From a virus, in IMG/VR virus record IMGVR_UViG_3300012232_000011, positions 17,196 to 81,195 of that record: a stretch of 64,000 nucleotides of DNA. One strand, 5' to 3'. Shown piece by piece: positions 9,384-18,542 of this stretch. The translations under genes were made by a program, and so were the position numbers. Under the pieces are notes generated by a model. It did not search any database and was not told where the DNA came from. It saw only the letters and a program-made list of their open reading frames with translations. Position 1 is the first letter of the stretch; the number at the start of each line of letters is the position of its first letter.

Positions 9384-10637
9384 ATGCCCCTTGCTACCGT
9401 CGCGGGTTTTGTTGGCTTTCAACCGCACCAGAACGCTTTGTCCATCACAGTCTTTACGCGCTCGACTGTATCACTGTCTCCGCGAGGAGGCGGCGTCTCC
9501 ATTGCCTCGGGACTGATCTCCGGCGCGGGTATGGCGGATTCGCGTATTGCGGTCGGCGCGTCGAACACCCCGAGCGATGGAACAACCCATGCCTACGCCT
9601 ATGACTTCCGCCTATCGGCCGCAGCCGCCGATGGGCTGTTGCACCATGCCGACTTCAACGGAGGGACGGCGCAATCGCTGAAGCTGTATTACGACACCGC
9701 GACAGGTGTACTCGGGTGGTACAGGCAGGCGGGCTTCGGTACGTCGGGAAAGGGATCGCTCGTTGGTACGGCGGGAACTTTCACCGTCGCCGGCGCGACG
9801 TGGGAACGCTTGTGGGTATCCTGTTCCTTCAACGCTTCGACCGGAGATATCCGTCTCGAAGCGCGGATCGCGCTCGCCTCCACGGATCCAACTGGGCCAA
9901 CGACAATCGACGCGGTGTTCACTGACAACAGCGGGAACACCGAAATCTCATGGGGCATGGGCGGACAGCATGGCGGCGTCGGTATCGCGGGTCAAACACT
10001 GTTAGTCGCGAACGCGATCCGGTTCACGGATGTCGCCTATGGCGACGAGCGTTACGGCGTCTGTGTCCCCGTCACGATTCTCGGCGACGGCGCGGATCGG
10101 GATATGACCTGGGTAAACGGCGGAGCGGACACGGACGCATGGCAGGCGGTCGACGAAGCGACGCCGAACGGAAGCGGCACAACGGACGTCGACTACATCC
10201 GGGCGAACGCGATCACGACAGGGTTCGCTCGAACCTTCCAGACAACGCACCCGAAGCCGATCGGCTACCTGCGACCGGAGTTCCTCCGCGTCGGGATCTG
10301 GCATCGAAACGCGAACCTCGGCAAGTTCACCGACGGCGACGTGCGGCTCCGCACCTATAGCAACACCGTCGTCGCGGATGTTGGATCCATCTCCGATCCC
10401 GCGACGGATAGCTACATCGGCGGACAGATCGTCGCCAACGTCGCCCTGGACCACAACCGCGCCCAACTCGATGGCCTCCAGTTCGGGGTGGTCAAGGCGG
10501 CAAGCGGCGCGGAGGCTGCGGACTGGAGGATCAGTACCTTCGGGGCGGAGTTGTTGTTCACTCGGGAGGAACCTCCGCCGCTCCCCGCGTCGGGTTCGGA
10601 TATTATCCTGGTACGGCAACGCGCCGTCGGTTACTGA
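9384..10637 (+). CDS. putative virion fibre/receptor-binding protein (beta-sandwich, ConA-like by composition)
   Basis: 417 aa, Gly/Thr/Asp-rich beta composition, located in the structural block. Confidence 0.55.
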   Translation: MPLATVAGFVGFQPHQNALSITVFTRSTVSLSPRGGGVSIASGLISGAGMADSRIAVGASNTPSDGTTHAYAYDFRLSAAAADGLLHHADFNGGTAQSLKLYYDTATGVLGWYRQAGFGTSGKGSLVGTAGTFTVAGATWERLWVSCSFNASTGDIRLEARIALASTDPTGPTTIDAVFTDNSGNTEISWGMGGQHGGVGIAGQTLLVANAIRFTDVAYGDERYGVCVPVTILGDGADRDMTWVNGGADTDAWQAVDEATPNGSGTTDVDYIRANAITTGFARTFQTTHPKPIGYLRPEFLRVGIWHRNANLGKFTDGDVRLRTYSNTVVADVGSISDPATDSYIGGQIVANVALDHNRAQLDGLQFGVVKAASGAEAADWRISTFGAELLFTREEPPPLPASGSDIILVRQRAVGY

Positions 10638-10652
10638 AGGGGAAAACAACCA

Positions 10653-11726
10653 ATGACTCCCAAACTATGGACCCCGCCCGTCGGTCGCCGCGTGAACAAG
10701 CATCGATTCGCTTCGGACTCGCGCCTGGACCGATGGTTCGGCGCGGAGATGCTCGAACAACTCCGCGACGCATCGCGCCAGCTCATGATCCCTACACCGA
10801 TCGCGTGTACGCCGAAGGGCGATGCGATCTATGCCGTGCAGGGGCATTTCCTCGGAGCGATGCGCGGCGGCGCGTTCTCTTCGCTGTCCGACTTGATCGC
10901 CGAAGCGTCCGGCGGCAAGCGGCAAGATCGGATGGTGTTCAAGGTCGGGGTGACGGGCGTCGTCGCCAACTCTAGCTCGCTGTGGCGCGTCGGGTCGCTG
11001 CCTAACGTACCCGCCGCACCGTCCGCGCTCGCCGGCGGGAACCTGCTGGACAACACGACCGACGGCGGGATCGAACAAGAGGATCCGGCCGGCGGTGATA
11101 CGCTCCATCTCATATCGGCGACGTTCCAACCCACATCCGGCGGGAACCTGCTGCTCATGTACGACCGCCTCTGGCATGGGCTGATCGCGTCGGGCACCGG
11201 AACCCAAACCTGTACGCTCACCGGGTATCCCAACGGCGCGGGTCGATACTCTGGCGCACCTGGCGAAGCGACGGGCAACTTCGTGTTTATCTGCAACGAA
11301 TCAGGCAGCGGCGGCGCGGCCTTCAGCGCGGTCGGGCACAACTGGACGCTCGTCTACACCGACGACGCCGGGAACACCGCACAGAGCGCGGCGGCACTCG
11401 CTGGCTTCTCCGGTTGCATCGCGCAGCGCGTTGACCATGCCGGGTTCTGTATCCCGCTGCTCGCGGGAGACTACGGCGTCGCCGACGTTGAATCGATCCA
11501 AAGCTCGGGAAGCATCGCCGCCGGGACGCCCGTGATCGCGCTCGGGCACCCGCTCGCGCTGATCCCCCAACCGATCACGGCGGTGCCCTGGGTACACGAC
11601 GGACTGAACACCGCGTTCAACCTGGTCGAAATCAAGACCGACGCGTGTATCGCGTTTATGGAAGTGACGAAGGGAACGACGACCGCAACGAGCTACGCGG
11701 GTCAGATCGTCATGGTCTCGGGATGA
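10653..11726 (+). CDS. virion protein, paralog family member 1
   Basis: Shares LLYDRLW, YTDDAGN and PLLxGDYGVADxESIQ with 11723..12763 and, more distantly, with 49119..50321. Confidence 0.8.
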   Translation: MTPKLWTPPVGRRVNKHRFASDSRLDRWFGAEMLEQLRDASRQLMIPTPIACTPKGDAIYAVQGHFLGAMRGGAFSSLSDLIAEASGGKRQDRMVFKVGVTGVVANSSSLWRVGSLPNVPAAPSALAGGNLLDNTTDGGIEQEDPAGGDTLHLISATFQPTSGGNLLLMYDRLWHGLIASGTGTQTCTLTGYPNGAGRYSGAPGEATGNFVFICNESGSGGAAFSAVGHNWTLVYTDDAGNTAQSAAALAGFSGCIAQRVDHAGFCIPLLAGDYGVADVESIQSSGSIAAGTPVIALGHPLALIPQPITAVPWVHDGLNTAFNLVEIKTDACIAFMEVTKGTTTATSYAGQIVMVSG

Positions 11727-12763
11727 ACCTGAACCGTCACACCTTCACGCAGGAATCACGGCTCGCCCGTTGGTTCGGCGAAAGTACGCTCGACGTGCTG
11801 AAGGAAACATCGCGCCAACTCCTAGTGCCAACGCCGATAATGTTCACGCCCGACGGGGACGCGATCTATGCGGTGCAGGGGCATTTCCTCGGAGCGATGC
11901 GCGGCGGCGCGTTCGTGTCGCTCGCGGATCTCCGACAGGCGGGAGCGATGGGTGCTTCCGTTACGGGACAGCGGCACAGCATCGACAAGGTCGGAACAAC
12001 GCGAGTCGCCGACTTCTGTAACTCGGTCTGGCGAGCCGGGAACATGCCGCCAGCCGCCGCCGCCGCCGCCGCGCTCGCCGCCGGTACGCACAATAACAAC
12101 ACGACCTCCGGTGCAATCCCGATCCGCGCCGCCGCCGGCGGTCAGAAGCTTCACTTCATCGGGTCGGAGTTCCAGTCGAGCGCGTCGGAGCAATCGCTCC
12201 TCTTGTACGACCGACTCTGGAACGGATTGATCGCGCTCAGCTCGCTCGCGGTGCAGACCTGCACCCTAACCGGATATCCCAACAGTACGGGGCGATACTC
12301 CGCCGCGCCGGGCGAGTCGACGGGAAACTTCGCGTTCGTCGCCAACGAAGCCGGCGCAACGCTCTCCGCGGTCGCGCACACTTGGTCGATGATCTACACC
12401 GACGACGCAGGCAACGCGGCGCAGGCTGCCGCCGCGCTCGCCGGGATCTCCGGCGCCATCACGAACCGGATCGACCACGCCGGCTTCGCGATCCCGCTCC
12501 TAGTCGGCGACTACGGCGTCGCCGATATCGAATCGATCCAGTGCAGCGTAAACACGGTCGCGGCGGGTGCGCCGACTATCGTGCTGGCGCATCCGATCGC
12601 GATCCTTCCATGCGGACTTCCGCAGCAGTACATCGACGGCGTGAACGCCGCGTTCAATCTGTGCGAGGTTAAGGACAACGCCGCGCTCGCCTTCATCGAA
12701 CTCATGGCGGGAGCGACGGCGTCGCAGCGAACGGCGGGTCTCGTCACCATCGTCGAGGGGTAA
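11723..12763 (+). CDS. virion protein, paralog family member 2
   Basis: ATGA overlap start (MNLNRH...); tandem paralog of the upstream gene, with visible DNA-level identity. Confidence 0.8.
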   Translation: MNLNRHTFTQESRLARWFGESTLDVLKETSRQLLVPTPIMFTPDGDAIYAVQGHFLGAMRGGAFVSLADLRQAGAMGASVTGQRHSIDKVGTTRVADFCNSVWRAGNMPPAAAAAAALAAGTHNNNTTSGAIPIRAAAGGQKLHFIGSEFQSSASEQSLLLYDRLWNGLIALSSLAVQTCTLTGYPNSTGRYSAAPGESTGNFAFVANEAGATLSAVAHTWSMIYTDDAGNAAQAAAALAGISGAITNRIDHAGFAIPLLVGDYGVADIESIQCSVNTVAAGAPTIVLAHPIAILPCGLPQQYIDGVNAAFNLCEVKDNAALAFIELMAGATASQRTAGLVTIVEG

Positions 12764-12766
12764 ATC

Positions 12767-15700
12767 GTGGCAATCCCAACGAGATCCCTCGGAAAAGCCG
12801 CGTGGCAGTGGCAACCGCTGATCGACGCGCACGACCCGAACCCGCCGATCACGATCGAGTCGGCAAGCCTTCCGTTCGTCGAAACGCAACCAACACAACC
12901 CGTCCGCCCGAAGGCGCGAGCGCAGCAGCCTCCGCCGCTGTCCGCTCCTGTTCACCCTGTTGCCGTCCAGCTTGTGACGAATCAATCGGACGCGACGCTC
13001 GTCTGGCAGCGGACCGTCCAGTATCCCGCGCTTCAGGCTCCGGTGTTCGTCGACGCGGCTCCCGCTGTCACGACGATGGGATGGGACGCGCAAACCGCTC
13101 AGGTGTTCCCGCGCCTCGTTGTGCAACAACCTCCGCCAGTCGCCGAGCCTGTCTATGTCCCGTTCACTGTGATCAAGCTGAACGATTGGGATACGCCGCC
13201 CGTCGTCGTGCGTCCGCAGTTGAAGTTGGTTCCAGCGCAGCCGCCGTCACGCGCCGGGCCTGATCTCCCGTTCGCCACGCTCGCCGATGTCGAGTTCCCC
13301 GATTTCCACTCGCACGTCGGCCCCTGGAAGAGCGGCTCGAAATACTACGCCGCCTTCCGCCTCGTCGCTGATCCTTCCCAACTTGTCATCCTCCGCTCCG
13401 TAGGCGACCCGACCGACCAATCGACCTGGTCGTCCGTGTCGGACTTCATCGATCTCCCGAACACAATCGGTGCGCTCTGGACGTACCAGACGGCGGCGGG
13501 GATTCACGTCGCGGTTCAGGAAGCGGTGACGGGGCGGTTGTCCTATCACCTACTCTCGACAACGTCGGACTCCTGGACCCATCGCAACGTCGAAGTCGAC
13601 GTCCCCGCCGCGCCGAACCAATCCGGCGTATTGCTCGGCGTCAACGGTGCCGGGGATCTCTACTTCGGCTATCACGATCTGAACGTCGCATGGGACCGCC
13701 TGAATTATTCGACGCTCAACGGCGGAGTCGGCGGAGGACAGGACTTCGGCGTCGTGTTCGATCCGCTGAGCGGAGACAGCGTCGTCGCGGGTGCGCTCGT
13801 TGTCGATGCGAGCGACACCGCCCACTTCCTCTACTCCGTTCCGGATGATGGACTGATCGGCCATCGGTCGCTCGACACGGCGGACGCACTCGGCACGGCG
13901 CAAACCATCACGAACACCGCAGGCGGGACGGTTGGTAACGCGGTCATTTATGACAGCGGGGCGCCGCTCTTTATCAAGGTCGTCTATGACGACGCCGACG
14001 GGCGAATGTCGCAGGCGACCGGGATCGCGGCGGTCGATCCGACCTGGTCGATACAGACGGGCATCGGCGATCACCCGATGCTTCCGGGGATCTCCGATAT
14101 CGCCATCGACGTAAGCGGCTCGGAGCAAACGGTCCACCAGCTCTACATCCGCAATTCGGATCAGATGCTCTGGTCGGACTTCCAACCGCACGCCGAAGGC
14201 TTCGGGATCGACGTGTTCCGCGATCAGGGATCGACGATCTCGCGGTTGTCCGCGAATAGCTACATCCGGGCGACGCTGAAGGTCGCGTTCTTCTGGCAAC
14301 TGAACGGCGTCGTCGAGCCGACGTATGCGGAGTATGAGGCTCCGACTCCGCCGCACGCCGTGTTCCTCGAACACTGGAACCTGCCATCGGTACAGGTGCG
14401 ACGGCGGGTATGGGCGCAACAGCCTCCGGCGGAAGCGTCCCCGGTCTTCACTCCGGCTCCCGCGTTCGCCCCTGGACTGATCGACGTACAGCAGGCACAG
14501 ACGCGACTGCCGCGCCGGCCGCAACAGCCGCCGAGCGAGTCGCGCCCGGTTGCCACGATCCCCTCCACCTTCTTTGAAGTCTGGCGGAGCGTGATCGACC
14601 GCGTGTTCCCGAAGCGGATCGCACAACAGCCGCCGAGCCTGACAGCTCCGCCATTCATGCCGACGATCGATCAATGGTTCGCGCCTTCGGTTCAGGTGCG
14701 CCCGACCGTGCGCCGACAACAGCCGCCGAGCCTCACGGCTCCGGTCTTCACCGAGCATCCGCCGGAGACCTTTTTCGAGGATTGGCAACAGCCGATTGAT
14801 CGCCTGTTCCCGAAGCGGGTCGCCCAACAACCTCCCGCCGAAGCCGCTCCTCCACGGCAGCCGACCGTCGCGGAAACGCTCGCCTGGTTCGCTCCGTCCG
14901 TTCAGGTGCGACCGAAGGCACGACCGCAACAGCCGGCGAGCGAAGCGAAGCCCGAGGCGACGCTTCCCTCGACGTTCTTTGAGGCGTGGCGCGAGCCGAT
15001 TGATCGCCTGTTCCCAAAGAAGATCCCGCAACAGCCGCCGAGCGAGTCGGCGCCGCCGCGCCAGCCGACGGTCGCCGAAACGCTGGCATGGTTCGCGCCC
15101 ACGGTTCAGGTACGGGCGAAGATCCGGGCGCAACAGCCGGAAGCGACGCCGGGGATCGTGTTCACGCCGGCGGCGGCGCCGAGATGGTTCGAGACCCTCG
15201 TCGCGCAAGTGTTCCGCCGTCGGCACGTCCAGCAGCCGCCTGCCGAAACTGCGCCGCCGCGCCAGCCGACGGTCGCGGAGACCCTCGCGTGGCAAGCAGC
15301 GACGCAACAGGTACGCCCGAAAGCGCGAGCGCAGCAGCCTCCACCGCTGTCCGCTCCACCGCGCCAACCCAACGCGGCGGAGTCGATGGCATGGTTCGCC
15401 GCGACCGTACAGGAACGGCGAACGCCTGGACCGCAACAGCCGCCGAGCGAATCGGCGCCGGTGTTCACAGCTCGCGCCGCGCCGACGTGGTTTGAAACGC
15501 CTGCCGCCCTTCAGGTTGTGCGCCGTCCTGTTGTGCAACAGCCTCCTGCGGAGTCCGCGCCGCTCCGAGTGCGTCACAAGGGATCCGCGTCGCTATCCGG
15601 GCATGGCGATATGGAAGCCCGATGCCGGGTGGAGGAAGAGGAAGGCGGCGAAGATGGCGACGGCGACGGCGGCACACGGTTCCCGATCCCGCCGCCGCCC

Positions 15701-16609
15701 TTCCGACCGCGCCGGCGCGTCGGACGCCCGTATCCGCTCACGGGACGCGCCAGCACCCGCACACGTGCGCGAGCCTGTCCGAACATCGCCCTCGCGTCCT
15801 GCGGTGAAGCCCGGCTCGAGGGCCGCGCTCGCGCCGCGCTCGCCCCGCCCGTCGAACTCCGGGCGCGGGCCTCAGCTCCAACGCTCGCCAGCGCGTCGCC
15901 TTCGTTCGCGCTCGGCGCGGGGACGCGCACGACGTTCGCCCTCGAGTTCCGCGCCCGGGCGAGCTGGGAGCGGTACAGCGAGGAAGAGGCACTCGGGATC
16001 CTCGGGTTCGACTTCCGGACGGCGGTCAAGGCAATCGAGGATGTGCGCGATCCTAAGTTGTGGGAGCGGTTGGAGCTGATCGCGACCGCTCGGGCGATTC
16101 CGCTCTTCACCGACCTATACTATGGCGGCGTCGAATACGCGCAACGAGCGATCCCGATAGCATCTCAGACAAAAGCCATCGGCGACGACCTGGACTTCGA
16201 CGAGCGGGCTTCAATGGAGATCGTGACGCTAACCAACGATTGGTGGAAGGGACTCTCGACCCGCTTGCGTCCGCGCCTGTTCGAGATCATCGCGACCTCA
16301 CGGGAGGAAGGGCGGAGCGTCGAATGGGTGATCCGGGAAATCGAAAAGCGCGGCCTGTTCGCGGGACTCCGGGCGTCACAGATCGGGGTGACGGAAACGA
16401 CGCGCCTGTTCGGAGCTGGAGCGCAAGCCTGGATGCGGCACGTAGAGATCCCGCAATGGGCGTGGCGCACGGCGGAGGACGAGCGGGTCGATCAAGTGTG
16501 CGACTCGATGGCGGCGGGATCGCCGTATCCGATCACGCAGGAGTTTCTACCCGCCCACGTATCGTGCCGCTGTTGGCCTGTTCCGATAGTGCCGGGACCG
16601 GGAGCCTGA
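12767..16609 (+). CDS. 1280-aa protein: Pro/Gln repeats + globular beta domain + repeats + C-terminal Mu gpF/SPP1 gp7-like head morphogenesis domain
   Basis: The C-terminus RASQIGVTETTR..WAWRTAEDERV..C..P.HVSCRCW matches Mu F family motifs; QQPP repeats occur throughout the rest. Confidence 0.8.
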   Translation: MAIPTRSLGKAAWQWQPLIDAHDPNPPITIESASLPFVETQPTQPVRPKARAQQPPPLSAPVHPVAVQLVTNQSDATLVWQRTVQYPALQAPVFVDAAPAVTTMGWDAQTAQVFPRLVVQQPPPVAEPVYVPFTVIKLNDWDTPPVVVRPQLKLVPAQPPSRAGPDLPFATLADVEFPDFHSHVGPWKSGSKYYAAFRLVADPSQLVILRSVGDPTDQSTWSSVSDFIDLPNTIGALWTYQTAAGIHVAVQEAVTGRLSYHLLSTTSDSWTHRNVEVDVPAAPNQSGVLLGVNGAGDLYFGYHDLNVAWDRLNYSTLNGGVGGGQDFGVVFDPLSGDSVVAGALVVDASDTAHFLYSVPDDGLIGHRSLDTADALGTAQTITNTAGGTVGNAVIYDSGAPLFIKVVYDDADGRMSQATGIAAVDPTWSIQTGIGDHPMLPGISDIAIDVSGSEQTVHQLYIRNSDQMLWSDFQPHAEGFGIDVFRDQGSTISRLSANSYIRATLKVAFFWQLNGVVEPTYAEYEAPTPPHAVFLEHWNLPSVQVRRRVWAQQPPAEASPVFTPAPAFAPGLIDVQQAQTRLPRRPQQPPSESRPVATIPSTFFEVWRSVIDRVFPKRIAQQPPSLTAPPFMPTIDQWFAPSVQVRPTVRRQQPPSLTAPVFTEHPPETFFEDWQQPIDRLFPKRVAQQPPAEAAPPRQPTVAETLAWFAPSVQVRPKARPQQPASEAKPEATLPSTFFEAWREPIDRLFPKKIPQQPPSESAPPRQPTVAETLAWFAPTVQVRAKIRAQQPEATPGIVFTPAAAPRWFETLVAQVFRRRHVQQPPAETAPPRQPTVAETLAWQAATQQVRPKARAQQPPPLSAPPRQPNAAESMAWFAATVQERRTPGPQQPPSESAPVFTARAAPTWFETPAALQVVRRPVVQQPPAESAPLRVRHKGSASLSGHGDMEARCRVEEEEGGEDGDGDGGTRFPIPPPPFRPRRRVGRPYPLTGRASTRTRARACPNIALASCGEARLEGRARAALAPPVELRARASAPTLASASPSFALGAGTRTTFALEFRARASWERYSEEEALGILGFDFRTAVKAIEDVRDPKLWERLELIATARAIPLFTDLYYGGVEYAQRAIPIASQTKAIGDDLDFDERASMEIVTLTNDWWKGLSTRLRPRLFEIIATSREEGRSVEWVIREIEKRGLFAGLRASQIGVTETTRLFGAGAQAWMRHVEIPQWAWRTAEDERVDQVCDSMAAGSPYPITQEFLPAHVSCRCWPVPIVPGPGA
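14345..15570 (+). repeat. intragenic array of ~30-35-aa Pro/Gln repeats (W/F...QV.P/R...QQPP.E.AP)
   Basis: About a dozen imperfect units, e.g. WFAPSVQVRP and PPRQPTVAETLAW three times; related units occur at 12800-13255. Confidence 0.85.
15587..15623 (+). repeat. 37-bp exact dispersed repeat, copy 1
   Basis: GCGTCGCTATCCGGGCATGGCGATATGGAAGCCCGAT, identical at 50579-50615. Confidence 0.9.
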
Positions 16610-16615
16610 GGGCCG

Positions 16616-17053
16616 ATGCCGCTACGCATCATCGCGATCGTGCCGAAGTCGACGAAGGTGGTCAATACCCAACTGCAGGGCCTCGCGATCTCGCGCGAAA
16701 TGATCGCAATAGGCGCGGACCTTCATCAGTCGATGGCGAAGTATCCGCCGGCGCGTCCCTGGAAATCGAGACCGCCGCCCCGCGGACCGCGCCGGGGCGG
16801 ACGGCGTACCGGGTTCCTCGGGCGCAACTGGCAAGTCAAGGTGCGGCGCGAGGGCGCGGTCGTCGTCGAGGTGGAAGTGTCGAACAAAACGCCTTACGCC
16901 GTCTACGTTCAGGGACCGCGCAGGGGCGGCAAGGGCGAGCGACAGACAAAGGTCATGCGGGATCGGGGTTGGCAGAACATCACGACGATCACGCAAGTCG
17001 TATGGCGGAAGCATCGCGCCGGACTGAGCCGCGCTATTCGGGTTGGCAAATGA
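16616..17053 (+). CDS. HK97 gp10-like neck/tail-completion protein
   Basis: RRTGFLGRNW...VSNKTPYAVYVQG...Q...RGW pattern. Confidence 0.65.
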   Translation: MPLRIIAIVPKSTKVVNTQLQGLAISREMIAIGADLHQSMAKYPPARPWKSRPPPRGPRRGGRRTGFLGRNWQVKVRREGAVVVEVEVSNKTPYAVYVQGPRRGGKGERQTKVMRDRGWQNITTITQVVWRKHRAGLSRAIRVGK

Positions 17054-17262
17054 GCGACGACAAACGCGAGGCGCGAAAGCAAGAGATCCAGAACAAGGTG
17101 ATCGCGAAGTTACTCGCTCGCCTCGATGAGATCCTAGACGACCCGGAGATCCATTCCTTCACACTCCGGGCGACGTTTGGGCGTCGCGTTCCGGGAAGAG
17201 GTGAAAAGCACCCGCCTTTTGAACGGGTGCTGTTCACGAAGGAATGTGGAGACGATCACTAG
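17050..17262 (+). CDS. hypothetical protein
   Basis: MSDDKREARKQ..., ATGA-coupled; the 3' end of track ORF 16060..17262. Confidence 0.6.
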   Translation: MSDDKREARKQEIQNKVIAKLLARLDEILDDPEIHSFTLRATFGRRVPGRGEKHPPFERVLFTKECGDDH

Positions 17263-17909
17263 GCGTCGTCTTCGTCGGGCGGATCCTCGAATCCCAACGC
17301 CTTCAGCGTCGCCGGGAAGTCGAGGCGAGCCGCGAACCGCTGAATATCGAGGCGGAGATTCTCGGCGACTTCCTCGATCTTCATGGCGGCGTCGTCCGTG
17401 TTGACCGCGTCGTCGAGCGCACCCTCGATAAACTCCTGAACGATGGCGGACGTAAGCGGGGAGTCCGGATCGTGCAGTCCGTTGACTGTGTTCCAAATCT
17501 TCGCGAGCGCGTCTCGCCGCCTTCGCTGTTCGCCCTGAAAGTTGATCGCCATCGCGATCAACTTCGCGACCGCCGCCGCCGCCGCTTCCATCGTGTCATA
17601 CGTCGGCACGTCCACGCCCTCGTCGCCTTCGGAGCGGTACAGTCCGACAATGTAGGTGGGCTGCTCGTCGCCTTCGCCCTCGTTCGTGATGCACACGTTC
17701 GGGAAGGTGTCGCCGTCGCGCAGGTAGATGGTCGCGACCATCACGAACCCGCCCGTCTGCTCCACTTCGACGATGTACCCGACCTCGCGGCGGAGGTACT
17801 CGACGATCCCGTCGAGACCCTGAAGGGTCGCGGCGGAGGCGCAAGCCTCCGCCACTGGATCATACGCCGCCGCCCGGGAACCTTCCGCCGCTGGATCGTT
17901 CGTTGTCAT
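17259..17909 (-). CDS. hypothetical protein (antisense island 1)
   Basis: MTTNDPAAEG... with GGAGA RBS; GC3-rich. Confidence 0.75.
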   Translation of the reverse strand: MTTNDPAAEGSRAAAYDPVAEACASAATLQGLDGIVEYLRREVGYIVEVEQTGGFVMVATIYLRDGDTFPNVCITNEGEGDEQPTYIVGLYRSEGDEGVDVPTYDTMEAAAAAVAKLIAMAINFQGEQRRRRDALAKIWNTVNGLHDPDSPLTSAIVQEFIEGALDDAVNTDDAAMKIEEVAENLRLDIQRFAARLDFPATLKALGFEDPPDEDDA

Positions 17910-18046
17910 GCCGTCTCCTCCTCGTTGTGCTGTTCCTCGTTGTGCGCTTCCAAACATGCGGACGTGCAACAGGGCTGCTCGCACGACCCGCAATCGTTCG
18001 CGTCGGTGTAGGTGTTCTCTCCGCAATGTAAGCAGGGGAATGTCAT
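17906..18046 (-). CDS. small Cys/His-rich zinc-binding protein (island 1)
   Basis: MTFPCLHC..CGSC..CC..C..H; first gene after the promoter at 18059-18103. Confidence 0.7.
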   Translation of the reverse strand: MTFPCLHCGENTYTDANDCGSCEQPCCTSACLEAHNEEQHNEEETA

Positions 18047-18058
18047 GGCTTGTTCCTT

Positions 18059-18103
18059 CCTTCCTTCAGTTACAAATGTAACATCCGGCGGGGCGACTGT
18101 CAA
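18059..18103 (-). promoter_or_regulatory. conserved promoter-operator-RBS unit, copy A
   Basis: TTGACA-17-TACATT, palindrome GTTAC-N4-GTAAC at 18069-18082, then ACTGAAGGAAGG. Confidence 0.85.
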
Positions 18104-18107
18104 CCCC

Positions 18108-18136
18108 TTGCGCCGTCAAGTTTCGCAGGATAGTCT
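18108..18136 (+). promoter_or_regulatory. divergent sigma70-like promoter candidate
   Basis: TTGCGC-17-TAGTCT, upstream of 18205..18504. Confidence 0.35.
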
Positions 18137-18204
18137 GCGGCTGCCCTCATACACCGCACGACGCCCCGGCTTGCCCTCCGGGGCGTCGTGCTACCCTCCG
18201 CCCT

Positions 18205-18504
18205 ATGGAACCCGACGAGGCGGACATCCTCCGTCTGGAAGCCGAGATCGATCAGGTTCGCGCCGCCATCGACGACCCGGACACGCCGACGGATGCCGAC
18301 CGGCACTTGCTGATCCATTGGCTTCACGAACAGACGGACCTCGGGCGGCTCCCGGATGGCCCGATCCCGGCTCGCCGCTGGTGGCTGCTTTCCGGTCGGG
18401 CGCACCTGATCGAGCGGATCCGCGTGGAATGGGCGGCGGAGGATCAGGGTTACGGAGCCGTCTGGATTCACGATGCCGCCTGTCCCGGGTGCCTGAACCC
18501 TTGA
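18205..18504 (+). CDS. hypothetical protein
   Basis: 99-aa GC3-rich ORF ending CPGC. Confidence 0.6.
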   Translation: MEPDEADILRLEAEIDQVRAAIDDPDTPTDADRHLLIHWLHEQTDLGRLPDGPIPARRWWLLSGRAHLIERIRVEWAAEDQGYGAVWIHDAACPGCLNP

Positions 18505-18530
18505 CAGATTGAAGCCGTCGGGAATACGCT
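18501..18530 (+). promoter_or_regulatory. sigma70-like promoter of leader element 1
   Basis: TTGACA-18-TACGCT, 12 nt upstream of the conserved leader. Confidence 0.65.
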
Positions 18531-18542
18531 AACCGGGACAAG

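Noticed and set aside
12053-12070. GCC trinucleotide run as a phase-variation tract
   Set aside because: It is an in-frame poly-Ala codon run, so slippage would not change the frame; common in GC-rich genes.
14345-15570. CRISPR array
   Set aside because: The repeats are degenerate, in-frame protein-coding units without unique spacers.
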